Below, piece by piece: positions 38,821 to 47,042 of a stretch of 64,000 bases of DNA. Position numbers and translations under genes: made by a program. The stretch is taken from assembly GCA_963666565.1 (NCBI GenBank), contig OY762911.1, forward strand, positions 1,248,001 through 1,312,000. The letters run 5' to 3'. The notes beneath the pieces are model-generated. The model saw nothing but the letters and a program-made list of their open reading frames with translations, was not told the origin of the DNA and did no database searches. Each line of letters begins with the position of its first letter. Position 1 is the stretch's first letter. Origin of the DNA: Thermoanaerobaculia bacterium (lineage in GTDB: Bacteria; Acidobacteriota; Thermoanaerobaculia; Multivoradales; Multivoraceae).

Positions 38821-38894
38821 ATGCTAGCAATCGCCGGGCCAACTCCTGCCGCCGACCCCGGTCGGTTGACAGCCGGGTTGGCCCGTTTCAGAGT
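38821..38894. promoter_or_regulatory. divergent promoters lptD / ruvX
   Basis: Plus strand TTGACA (38866-71), 17 bp, CAGAGT (38889-94); minus strand TGn-TAGCAT at 38821-38829. Confidence 0.6.
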
Positions 38895-38903
38895 GACGGG
38901 GCT

Positions 38904-39317
38904 GTGCGGTATCTCGGCATCGACTTCGGCGAGAAGCGGGTCGGTGTGGCGACGGGAGATTCGCGGGTTGGAGTGGCGGCGCCGCACTCGACGATCCGGC
39001 GCACCGGGGACCGGCAGGTGATCGCCGAGATCAAGGCTTTGGCGGCCGAGTCCGAAGCGGGCGTGCTGATCGTCGGCGAGCCGCGGCGGCTGGACGGTTC
39101 CGTGGGACCGGCGGCCGAGCGCGCCCGGGCCTTCGCGCGGAAACTCGGCGAGGCCTGTGACCTGCCGGTACGGACGGTGAACGAGTCCCTGACGTCGGTG
39201 GAGGCGGAGCGCCGGCTGCGGGCGGCTGGGGTCGACCCGCGGCGGCACCCGGAACGGGTCGACGCCGTGGCGGCGCAGATCCTCGTGGAAGAAGCGCTGG
39301 CCCGGGAGACCGCATGA
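38904..39317 (+). CDS. ruvX: YqgF/RuvX family pre-16S rRNA nuclease
   Basis: YLGIDFGEKRVGVA, IVGEP, NESLTSVEA, VDAVAAQIL. Confidence 0.93.
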   Translation: MRYLGIDFGEKRVGVATGDSRVGVAAPHSTIRRTGDRQVIAEIKALAAESEAGVLIVGEPRRLDGSVGPAAERARAFARKLGEACDLPVRTVNESLTSVEAERRLRAAGVDPRRHPERVDAVAAQILVEEALARETA

Positions 39318-40390
39318 AGCGAAAGGGGCCGCCGCGACGTCGCCGCAAGCGGCGGCTGCGGCCGTGGTTGGTTGCGGCGGCGGCGACGGTGTCTGTCGCG
39401 CTGGTCGCGGCCGGGTGGGGCCTGTTTGCATGGGCGGAACGGGAACTAGAACGGCCTCGCGGAACCGGTACCGTCGAACTCGCCATCGAGCGCGGCGCGC
39501 CGATGACCGCGATCCTCAACCAGTTGGCGGCGGCCGGCGTGATCGGCGATCCCCTGCTGGCCCGGCTTCACCTCGACTACCGGCGGCCCGGCGAGACGCT
39601 GCAGGCCGGCGAGTTCCGCTTCGAGCAGCCGATGAGCACGGTCGACGCGCTCGACCGCGTGATCCGCGGCGAGGTGGTGACCTACCCGGTGACCGTCGTC
39701 GAGGGCCTGACTTTGCGGGAGACCGCGGAGAGCCTGGCCGGCGACGGCTTCGGCAACCTGGAAGCGTTCCTCGAAGCGATGTCGTCGCCGCGCCTGATCG
39801 CCGACTTCGACCCGGCCGCCGAGTCCCTGGAGGGCTACCTCTTCCCGGACACGTACGCCTTCCCGCGCGGGACGGACGAAGCCGAGATCGTCGAGGCCAT
39901 GGTCCGCAACTTCCGCCGCCGCGTCGAGGGCCACCTGGACGCCACCGCCAGCCACGGTCTCGATCTGCGCGGCCTGGTCACCCTCGCGAGCATCGTCGAG
40001 AAGGAAGCCGGCGCCATCGAGGAACGCCCCGTCGTCTCGGCGGTCTTCCACAACCGGCTCGACCGCGGCATCGGCCTCTACGCCGACCCGACGATCATCT
40101 ACGCGCTGAAGCTGGCCGGGACGTGGGACGGCAACCTGCGCCGTCGCGATCTCGAACTCGACTCCCCGTACAACACCTACGTCCACCCCGGCCTGCCGCC
40201 CGGCCCGATCTGCTCGCCCGGCGAGCACAGCCTGCGCGCCGCGGCGGCGCCCGCCGACGCGCCCTACCTCTACTTCGTCAGCCGCAACGACGGCACCCAC
40301 GTCTTCGCCGAGACCCTGGCCGAGCACAACCGCAACGTCGCCCGCTGGCAAGTCCGCTACTGGCGGCAACGCCGCGCCGCCCAGCCCTGA
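39314..40390 (+). CDS. mltG: endolytic transglycosylase MltG
   Basis: LEGYLFPDTY, LASIVEKE, DSPYNTY..PGLPPGPI, YLYFV. Confidence 0.95.
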   Translation: MKRKGPPRRRRKRRLRPWLVAAAATVSVALVAAGWGLFAWAERELERPRGTGTVELAIERGAPMTAILNQLAAAGVIGDPLLARLHLDYRRPGETLQAGEFRFEQPMSTVDALDRVIRGEVVTYPVTVVEGLTLRETAESLAGDGFGNLEAFLEAMSSPRLIADFDPAAESLEGYLFPDTYAFPRGTDEAEIVEAMVRNFRRRVEGHLDATASHGLDLRGLVTLASIVEKEAGAIEERPVVSAVFHNRLDRGIGLYADPTIIYALKLAGTWDGNLRRRDLELDSPYNTYVHPGLPPGPICSPGEHSLRAAAAPADAPYLYFVSRNDGTHVFAETLAEHNRNVARWQVRYWRQRRAAQP

Positions 40391-40393
40391 GCC

Positions 40394-40565
40394 CGCTGGG
40401 TGCGCGGGTCTTCCGACCCGCTGCCGCCGCAGGCGGCCAGGAGCACGTGCCGGCCTCAAGACCGGCGCCGCCATCTCGCCGGCTTTCGGCCGGCGGCCTG
40501 TCTTTCGGGCTGCGCCGCTCCGCGGCTCCGCCCGTGAGCGGGTCGGAAGACCCGCGGACCCAGCG
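40394..40565. repeat. full-length REPIN/MITE-like element (family 1), 172 bp
   Basis: 28-bp terminal inverted cores (40394-40421, 40538-40565) and several internal hairpins. Confidence 0.85.
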
Positions 40566-40596
40566 AAACGCCGGCGGTGCCGATGGCCGGTTCCAA

Positions 40597-40805
40597 CTAC
40601 TCCTCGGCGCCGTCGGATTGCGTAGCCGCTTCTTGCCTCTCGGGCTCGATACGGGTGGGCGGGTAGCTCACGTACGTGCGCCCCGAGGTTCGCTGGACCT
40701 CCCGGAGGTGCTTGAAGAGCCTTCGACCGTGCCCCCGTGCTCCGCGAAGATCTTTGCCCGTATTGCCCGGACTTCCTCCACGATGGGGTCTTTGCGGGAA
40801 GTCAT
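40597..40805 (-). pseudogene. frameshifted small protein of the DPIVEEVR type that usually follows PIN-domain toxins
   Basis: MTSRKDPIVEEVRAIRAKIFAEHGG... continues as LFKHLREVQRTSGRTYVSYPP...TAG only after a 1-nt shift near 40718-40721; span 209 nt = 70 codons minus 1. Confidence 0.6.
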
Positions 40806-40870
40806 TCTTCGATCTCCAGAAGTTCAGGTGTGCAGACTACCGTTTGGCGTAGCGCCGGCCTCCGGCAGGC
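40802..40870 (-). pseudogene. C-terminal remnant of a PIN-domain toxin-like gene
   Basis: Reads ACRRPALRQTVVCTPELLEIEE-stop, with TGA overlapping the ATG of the DPIVEEVR gene (ATGA). Confidence 0.45.
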
Positions 40871-40888
40871 GCACGGTCCCTTGCGCGC

Positions 40889-42454
40889 CTACGTCGGCCT
40901 CCACCTGGCGGCTCGCCAGCTTTCCAGTGCCTCATCGAGTTGTTCGACGAGCGGCTGAATCTCGCTCTCCGGTCGGCCCGATTCGACACGGGAGACCTCA
41001 CGGCAGATGTCGGGCGACGTCCGTCCGGTCGCCTCGGCGAGGCCGCGGAGCTTGGTCTTGGCGATCTGCGCCGGCGTGTCGGAGGCGGAGTCGTAGACGG
41101 AGTCGAGTTGGCGGGTCGTGCTCTCCAGATCGCTGCCGTGGACGCCGAGGCTTCCCGCGTAGCTGGCCCCGTCCTCCGAGAGTCGAGACCAGATCCAGAC
41201 CTCGGGGGCGAAGCGGCCCGGCAGGTAGACCACGGGGACGTCGGGACCGCCGGCTCGCTCGATCTTCCGCTCCACGTCGCTGCTCCGCTTGTCGCCGTCG
41301 AGGACGAAGACGAAGTTCCGGATCTGGCCGAACTTGCGGAATGCCGCCGCATGGGTCGGAAACTCGTCGGCGCCGGTGTCCCTGCCGACCCGGACCGACT
41401 CTCTCCGCACTCGCTTCGTGGGCAACAGGACGTCGAAGACGCCGGACAACAGACCCTCCGCTGCCTCGTCCTCGCACAGCAGGTTCAGCGTGTCCGAGGA
41501 ACGCCCATAGAGCGCATCCTGCACGACGTCGCGGTAGGGAGGGCGCACGGCGACCTGTCCCTGTTCGTTGCGCTCGAGAAAGATCCGTCCGTTGGAGGGC
41601 ACGGAGTCCAGCACGACGGGACTGTGAGACGTGACGACGACCTGTAGGTCGTTGCGCAAGGCGAGTTGCTGAAGCTGGAGCATGAGCAACTGCTGGACCC
41701 AAGGGTGCAGGCCCGCTTCGACCTCGTCGATGAGAACGAGCGCCCCCCGAAGCTGTGCGATCTCCTGAGACAGCCGGAGGATGGCTCGTTCCCCGGCAGC
41801 CATGTGGAGCTCGGAGTAGGCCGCGCCCCCTTCCTGAGCGGCGAAGAGGAGGTTCTTTCTGCCGCTCGAGAGATCGACGACTTCCTCGTAGCGGAAGGGG
41901 AGCATCTGGTGGGCGAACTCGATCTGCGAGGCCGTGAGCGGCGTCTCCTCCGGCACGGACTTCAGGCGCGACATGCTGAGGACGCCTCGCACCTCCGATG
42001 GGTTGCTCAGGTTGCTGAGGGTGCGCAGATAGACCGGCCGCTCGGGTTGGGAGGCGTTCTTCCGCCCGAGGAAGCTGCGATTCCAGCCGACCTTCCGCCG
42101 CCACTGCATCGGCTGCCGGCCGCTGGGTGTGGAGTAGTCGAACCGGAGAATGACCTCCTGCTTCTCGTCCTTCCGGGCCCCGGTTTTCGGTCGATAGTCC
42201 GGAAAGAGAGTCGACGGCACGAAGTCCTTCACCCCGGCGCCCGGAACCTTGTAGGCGCAAGCGGCGGCGAAGAGGACGGTCGACTTGCCGGTGGCGTTCC
42301 CTCCCGCCACGACGCTCACGGGATAGTCGAAGATCACCCTGAGGTCGCGGATGCCCCGCATTCCCTGAAGGCGCACTTCCGTCAGGAAGTGGGGCAGGTG
42401 AGGCTTCTTGCCCTGAAGTTGCTGCCAGACCTCTCTCAATCGCTCCTGCAGCAT
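40889..42454 (-). CDS. ABC/AAA_21-type ATPase with C-terminal TOPRIM-like domain (OLD/PARIS-like)
   Basis: Walker A GGNATGKST, signature MAAGE, Walker B LIDEVEAGLHP, H-loop TSHS; C-terminal LLCED and VLDGD; GGAG before ATG 42454. Confidence 0.8.
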   Translation of the reverse strand: MLQERLREVWQQLQGKKPHLPHFLTEVRLQGMRGIRDLRVIFDYPVSVVAGGNATGKSTVLFAAACAYKVPGAGVKDFVPSTLFPDYRPKTGARKDEKQEVILRFDYSTPSGRQPMQWRRKVGWNRSFLGRKNASQPERPVYLRTLSNLSNPSEVRGVLSMSRLKSVPEETPLTASQIEFAHQMLPFRYEEVVDLSSGRKNLLFAAQEGGAAYSELHMAAGERAILRLSQEIAQLRGALVLIDEVEAGLHPWVQQLLMLQLQQLALRNDLQVVVTSHSPVVLDSVPSNGRIFLERNEQGQVAVRPPYRDVVQDALYGRSSDTLNLLCEDEAAEGLLSGVFDVLLPTKRVRRESVRVGRDTGADEFPTHAAAFRKFGQIRNFVFVLDGDKRSSDVERKIERAGGPDVPVVYLPGRFAPEVWIWSRLSEDGASYAGSLGVHGSDLESTTRQLDSVYDSASDTPAQIAKTKLRGLAEATGRTSPDICREVSRVESGRPESEIQPLVEQLDEALESWRAARWRPT

Positions 42455-42561
42455 GGGGTTCTCCAGCAACTCGTTGGTCGACTGGTCGGATGGTGTCCGG
42501 CCCGTCCGCCTGACCGAGGGTCGCGCCGCGGGAGACAGCGTAACAAGGCATGGGGAAAGGG

Positions 42562-42667
42562 CGGGTCACGACGCGCGGCTCCGCCATTGTCGCCGGCTTC
42601 GGCAGGCGGCCTGTCGTCCGGGTGCGCCGCTCCGCGGCTCCGCCCGCGAACGGGTCGGGCACCCGGG
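42562..42667 (+). repeat. degenerate copy of the 40394-40565 element
   Basis: 42581-42658 aligns to 40468-40546 as a direct repeat with about 6 substitutions and 3 single-base gaps by eye. Confidence 0.8.
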
Positions 42668-42778
42668 TGGCGCGATCCGCGCCACCCGTGAACCAGTCCG
42701 GGCGCCCGATAGTGGGCGCACCGATGGCAGACCCTCGCGGCACGACCTGTGCATCCCACCGGGCTAAGCTCATGCTCG

Positions 42779-43189
42779 ATGCATCTGCCCACTCTCAACG
42801 CGATTCTGAACGCCACGGCGGCGACGCTGCTGGTGATCGGCTACGTCCTCATCCGCCGCGGCGACCGGGAGCGGCACAAGCGGGTCATGCTGTCGGCGCT
42901 GGGGTGCTCGGCGGCGTTCCTGATCTCCTATCTCTACTACCACTACCAGGTCGGCTCGGTTCACTTCGAGGGCGAAGGGGCCGTGCGGACCGTGTATCTC
43001 GGCATCCTGCTGACCCACACGGTGCTGGCGGCGGCGGTGCCGTTTCTGGCGATCGTCACCGTCGTCCTGGGTCTTCGGGGTCGGTACGAGCGGCACAGGA
43101 AGATCGCCCGCGTCACGTTGCCGATCTGGCTCTACGTGTCGGTGACGGGGGTCGTCGTCTACTGGATGCTGTACCGCATGTCGTGGTGA
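42779..43189 (+). CDS. DUF420 membrane protein
   Basis: LPTLNAILN, HKRVM, FLISYL, ILLTH, HRKIAR..LPIWLYVSVTGVVVY. Confidence 0.88.
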   Translation: MHLPTLNAILNATAATLLVIGYVLIRRGDRERHKRVMLSALGCSAAFLISYLYYHYQVGSVHFEGEGAVRTVYLGILLTHTVLAAAVPFLAIVTVVLGLRGRYERHRKIARVTLPIWLYVSVTGVVVYWMLYRMSW

Positions 43190-45735
43190 CGTTCGCGGCA
43201 GACCGTGTGCGCGCCGTCGGCGGGCTGCTGCTGGCGGCGTGCCTGCTGCCCGCGCTCGCGGCGGCGCGGCAGGCGGCGCCGGCGCCGGAACCGGACTGGC
43301 GGCTCGCCGAGTGGACCGCCAGTGAACGGGAGTTCTTCCTCGACGGACCGCAGTTTCTGCTCGCTCCGGCCGAACTCGAGCGGGTGCGCGAGCTCGACCC
43401 GGCGTCCCGCCTCGAGTACATCGACACCTTCCTCGACCGCGCCAAGGTGGCCGAGGCCGTCGACCGCCGCCGCCAGCGCGTGCGCCTTGCTGGCCTGCCG
43501 TTCTTCGACGTCCGCGCCCGGCTGCTCTTCCTGCACGGCGAGCCGGACGCGGTCGATCCGGTCGACTGCGACCAGACGTTCCGCCCGCTTCAGCTCTGGC
43601 GCTACGGACCGGAGGACGGCGAGCACACGATCCTCGTCCTCTACCAGCCGAAGCCGAACGAGGTCTTCCGGCTGTGGCTGCCGGAGGACACGAAGCGCGC
43701 CCTCTACATGCCGGAGATGGAGTACTTCCTCGAGCAGTACGAGGAACTCCGCGGCCTGCTGCGGGCCCGCCGCTTCGACCTGCAGGTCTGCGAGGAGGCC
43801 CGCCGGGTCGACGAGATCACCGGTATCCGCGGCCTCTTCGGCTTCCGCCGTGACCGTCGAACGGACGAGGACTTCCTGGCCTGGCTGGCGCCGCCGGCCG
43901 ATGTCGAAGCGTGGGCGGAACAGGCGGCCGTCGACGTGGTGTCCGGGCCGGCGCCGCTGGAGCTGGAGGAACCGATCCTCACCTTCCCGGAGCAGCGCGG
44001 GCAGCGGATCCTGGCGCGGATCCTCCTCTCGCTGCCTCCGGGCGCCGCGATCGAGCCCTTCGTCGACGATGCCGGCAGGCAGCAGACGCGAATCAACGTG
44101 GAGGGCATGGTCGAACTGCCGGGCCGGGTCTTCGAGACTTTCAAGATGCGCTTCGTCTCCGGCGCGCCGGAAGCGGATCGTTCCATGGCCCTGCCGATCG
44201 AAAGGCCGTTCCGGCCGGGTTCCGTCTTCCTGCTCCGGCTCTTCGTGCGCGACGAGGTCGGCGGCGCGGCGGCGTTCGCCTCGGTGCCCGTCGAGGTGCC
44301 CCTGCGCCCGCAGGCGGCGCCGGTGGAACCGGAGGACCAGCTCCGCCTGGTCATGGCTGCCGAGGACCTGCCCGAGACGGTGCTCGACGCGCGCAACGCG
44401 ATCATGCTGGTGCCGCCCGAGAGCGACGTGGTGATCGGCCTCTGGCGGGCGGAGACCCTGGTCACCGGCAACGACATCGTGGCCGTCCGGTTCCTGGTCG
44501 ACGACAGGGTCCAGGTGACCCGCCGCCGGCCGCCGTTCACCGCCGAGGTCCGGCTGGCGAAGTACCCGGAGGAGCAGGTCGTCCGGGTCGAGGGCCTGAA
44601 CGAGGAACGCGAGGTCGTGGACGCCGACGAGATCGTGCTGAACCAGCAGCGGGGCGAGCTCCGCGTGACGATCAACGAGCCGCGCCGGGGCGTCCGCGTT
44701 TCGGGCAAGGTCGAGGCCGCGGCCACGGTCATCGTGCCCGAGGAACGCCTCGTCGAGGAAGTGGAGTTCAGCGTCGGCGGGGAGGTCCAGGCCATGCTGC
44801 GCCGGCCGCCGTGGCGGGCGGAGGTCGAGGCGCCGGCCGGCATCGGCGAGCAGGACATCGTCTACCTGACCGTCGCGGCGACGCTCGACGACGGCAGCCG
44901 GGCCGAGGACGTCCGCTTCCTGAACGCGCCGGCCTTCACCGACACTCTGGAAGTCGATCTCGTGGAGCTCTACACCACGGTGGTGGACGGCCAGAACCGG
45001 CCGGTGACGAGCCTGGTGGAGAGCGACTTCACCGTCTTCGAGGACGGACGGCGCCAGGAACTCGCCAAGTTCGAACTGGTGGAGGACCTGCCGCTGACCC
45101 TGGGGGTCGTCATCGACACCTCGGGCTCGATGGAGACCTCGCTGGGCGAGGCGCGCCGGACCGCCTCGCAGTTCCTGACGAACATGATCACGCCGCGCGA
45201 CCGGTCCTTCGCGGTGGCCTTCGCCTCGCGGCCGGAACTGCTGATCGGGCGGACCTCGGACGTCAGCGCGGTGGCCTCGGTGATCGAACGGCTGCGGGCG
45301 GTGGGCAACACGGCTCTGCACGACGCGTTGATCACCAGCCTCTACTACTTCCGGGGCGTGCGCGGGCGGCGCGCGTTGGTGCTGCTCTCGGACGGCGAGG
45401 ACACGTCCAGCACCGTCGAGTTCCGGGACGCCGAGGAGTACGCGCGCCGCTCGGGCGTGTCCATCTACACGATCGGACTCGGCGTCGGCCGTACCCAGAT
45501 GATCCTCCGCAACAAGCTGAGCGACCTGGCGAAGGTCACCGGCGGCCGGTCGTTCTTCATCTCGAAGGCCGAGGACCTGGCGCCCGTCTACGGCGACATC
45601 GAGCGCGAACTGCGCTCGCAGTACCTGCTGGCCTATACCTCCGACCGCGGCGGCGAGGGCGACGAGTACCGCGAGGTGGAGGTCCGGGTGAAGGGACGCT
45701 TCAAGGCGCGCACGATCAGCGGCTACTACCCGTGA
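43186..45735 (+). CDS. exported protein: GWxTD-like domain, Ig-like domains, VWA domain
   Basis: Signal peptide; DVRARLLFLHGEPD...LQLWRY; two beta-rich (S)PPF/PPW modules; MIDAS VIDTSGSM, TALHDA, LSDGED; ELRSQYLLAY. Confidence 0.8.
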   Translation: MTFAADRVRAVGGLLLAACLLPALAAARQAAPAPEPDWRLAEWTASEREFFLDGPQFLLAPAELERVRELDPASRLEYIDTFLDRAKVAEAVDRRRQRVRLAGLPFFDVRARLLFLHGEPDAVDPVDCDQTFRPLQLWRYGPEDGEHTILVLYQPKPNEVFRLWLPEDTKRALYMPEMEYFLEQYEELRGLLRARRFDLQVCEEARRVDEITGIRGLFGFRRDRRTDEDFLAWLAPPADVEAWAEQAAVDVVSGPAPLELEEPILTFPEQRGQRILARILLSLPPGAAIEPFVDDAGRQQTRINVEGMVELPGRVFETFKMRFVSGAPEADRSMALPIERPFRPGSVFLLRLFVRDEVGGAAAFASVPVEVPLRPQAAPVEPEDQLRLVMAAEDLPETVLDARNAIMLVPPESDVVIGLWRAETLVTGNDIVAVRFLVDDRVQVTRRRPPFTAEVRLAKYPEEQVVRVEGLNEEREVVDADEIVLNQQRGELRVTINEPRRGVRVSGKVEAAATVIVPEERLVEEVEFSVGGEVQAMLRRPPWRAEVEAPAGIGEQDIVYLTVAATLDDGSRAEDVRFLNAPAFTDTLEVDLVELYTTVVDGQNRPVTSLVESDFTVFEDGRRQELAKFELVEDLPLTLGVVIDTSGSMETSLGEARRTASQFLTNMITPRDRSFAVAFASRPELLIGRTSDVSAVASVIERLRAVGNTALHDALITSLYYFRGVRGRRALVLLSDGEDTSSTVEFRDAEEYARRSGVSIYTIGLGVGRTQMILRNKLSDLAKVTGGRSFFISKAEDLAPVYGDIERELRSQYLLAYTSDRGGEGDEYREVEVRVKGRFKARTISGYYP

Positions 45736-46409
45736 CGGCTCGCGCGAGCCGCTTGCGGGCGGGCCTCCTGTCGCTCGTGCTCGCGCTGGCGGCCGCCGCG
45801 TCGGCCCCGGCCCAGGAGAACGGCGCCCGGACGTTCTCGTTCGAGCGGCTGAACCGGGTCTACGAGCAGTTGATCGACGACCTCTCCGTCATCCGGATCG
45901 GCCCGGCCGAGGTGGCCCTGCGCTCGCCCGAGCACGCCCTGACCGTCGTTCGCCACGAGGCGACGCTCGTCCCGGGCGACGACGGCGCGTTCGAGACCGA
46001 ACTCGAACTGGAGATCGAGGGCGACGGACGGATCTCGGCCGACGTCGTCATCGGCAGCCTGGAGAGCCAGTTGACCCAGGAACTCGTCGTGCCGCGCCAG
46101 ACCCTGCGCCTGGAGGGTGAGATCGCCATCCGGCGCGACGAGGAGGGCTACCGGATCCGGACGGAACGCATGCCGGCGACGACCCAGGTGCGGATCGAGA
46201 GCGAGCTCGCCACCCAGCTCTTCACCGTCTGCCGGCAGATGGCCCTGGTGCTCGTCAGCCTGGACTGCGAGGCGATCGAGCGCGCCGTCACCCTGATCGC
46301 GGTCCCGCTGCCGGAGGCGGGCGCCGAGTACCTCATCGCGCTCGCGGACACGACGCCGGAAGAAAGAAGGGAGCTCGACCGGTTCCTGCGCGCGAACCGG
46401 AGGCCCTGA
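45732..46409 (+). CDS. exported hypothetical protein
   Basis: GTGA coupling to the VWA gene, signal peptide ending APA-Q, host-like codon usage. Confidence 0.7.
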   Translation: MTARASRLRAGLLSLVLALAAAASAPAQENGARTFSFERLNRVYEQLIDDLSVIRIGPAEVALRSPEHALTVVRHEATLVPGDDGAFETELELEIEGDGRISADVVIGSLESQLTQELVVPRQTLRLEGEIAIRRDEEGYRIRTERMPATTQVRIESELATQLFTVCRQMALVLVSLDCEAIERAVTLIAVPLPEAGAEYLIALADTTPEERRELDRFLRANRRP

Positions 46410-46471
46410 CGCCGGGCATCCGGTAGGATTCGCGCCGCTCGGCCGCCACGGCCGACCCAGGAGTTGCACCC

Positions 46472-47020
46472 ATGGCTACCCGTCGGATGATCTCGCGCCT
46501 CTTCTACTTCACGATCGAAGACGAGGGCATCCTCGCCGAGTCCTTCGCCGGACTCGACTCGGAGACCTTCGCGATCGCGTACAAGGTCGAGGACACGGAC
46601 GACGTCTTCGTCATGACCAGCGAGACGCGGGACGCGCTGGACCGGGCGGACGTGCCGTACAACCTGCTCGCCGAGGAGGACGGTTCGAAGATCGCCCTCT
46701 TCCACTCCCCGCTCTCGCGCGAGGAACTCTCCGACTTCGAGGACCCGCTGAAGGCGCTCGCGCTCGCCTACCGGGCGATCGCCATGGCCTGCGTCGGCGT
46801 GAACGGCGAATCGGACCTCGGCTTCGACCTGAGCGAGGGGATGCGCAACTACACCTACTTCACCGCGCCGGCCGGCCACACCTTCATCTGGCGGCTGTTC
46901 ACCCACCGCGACGAGGCGCGCCGGTTCCTGGACAAGCTGACGATCGGCGACAAGAACGCCCTGGAGTGGGCCGAGGCGATTCCGATGGAGTCGATGATCG
47001 AACTCACCGGCTTCCACTGA
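46472..47020 (+). CDS. hypothetical acidic cytoplasmic protein
   Basis: AGGAG SD, strong GC3 bias, normal globular composition; no recognisable family. Confidence 0.8.
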   Translation: MATRRMISRLFYFTIEDEGILAESFAGLDSETFAIAYKVEDTDDVFVMTSETRDALDRADVPYNLLAEEDGSKIALFHSPLSREELSDFEDPLKALALAYRAIAMACVGVNGESDLGFDLSEGMRNYTYFTAPAGHTFIWRLFTHRDEARRFLDKLTIGDKNALEWAEAIPMESMIELTGFH

Positions 47021-47042
47021 GCCGACCCTCGGGCCGCGCGCG

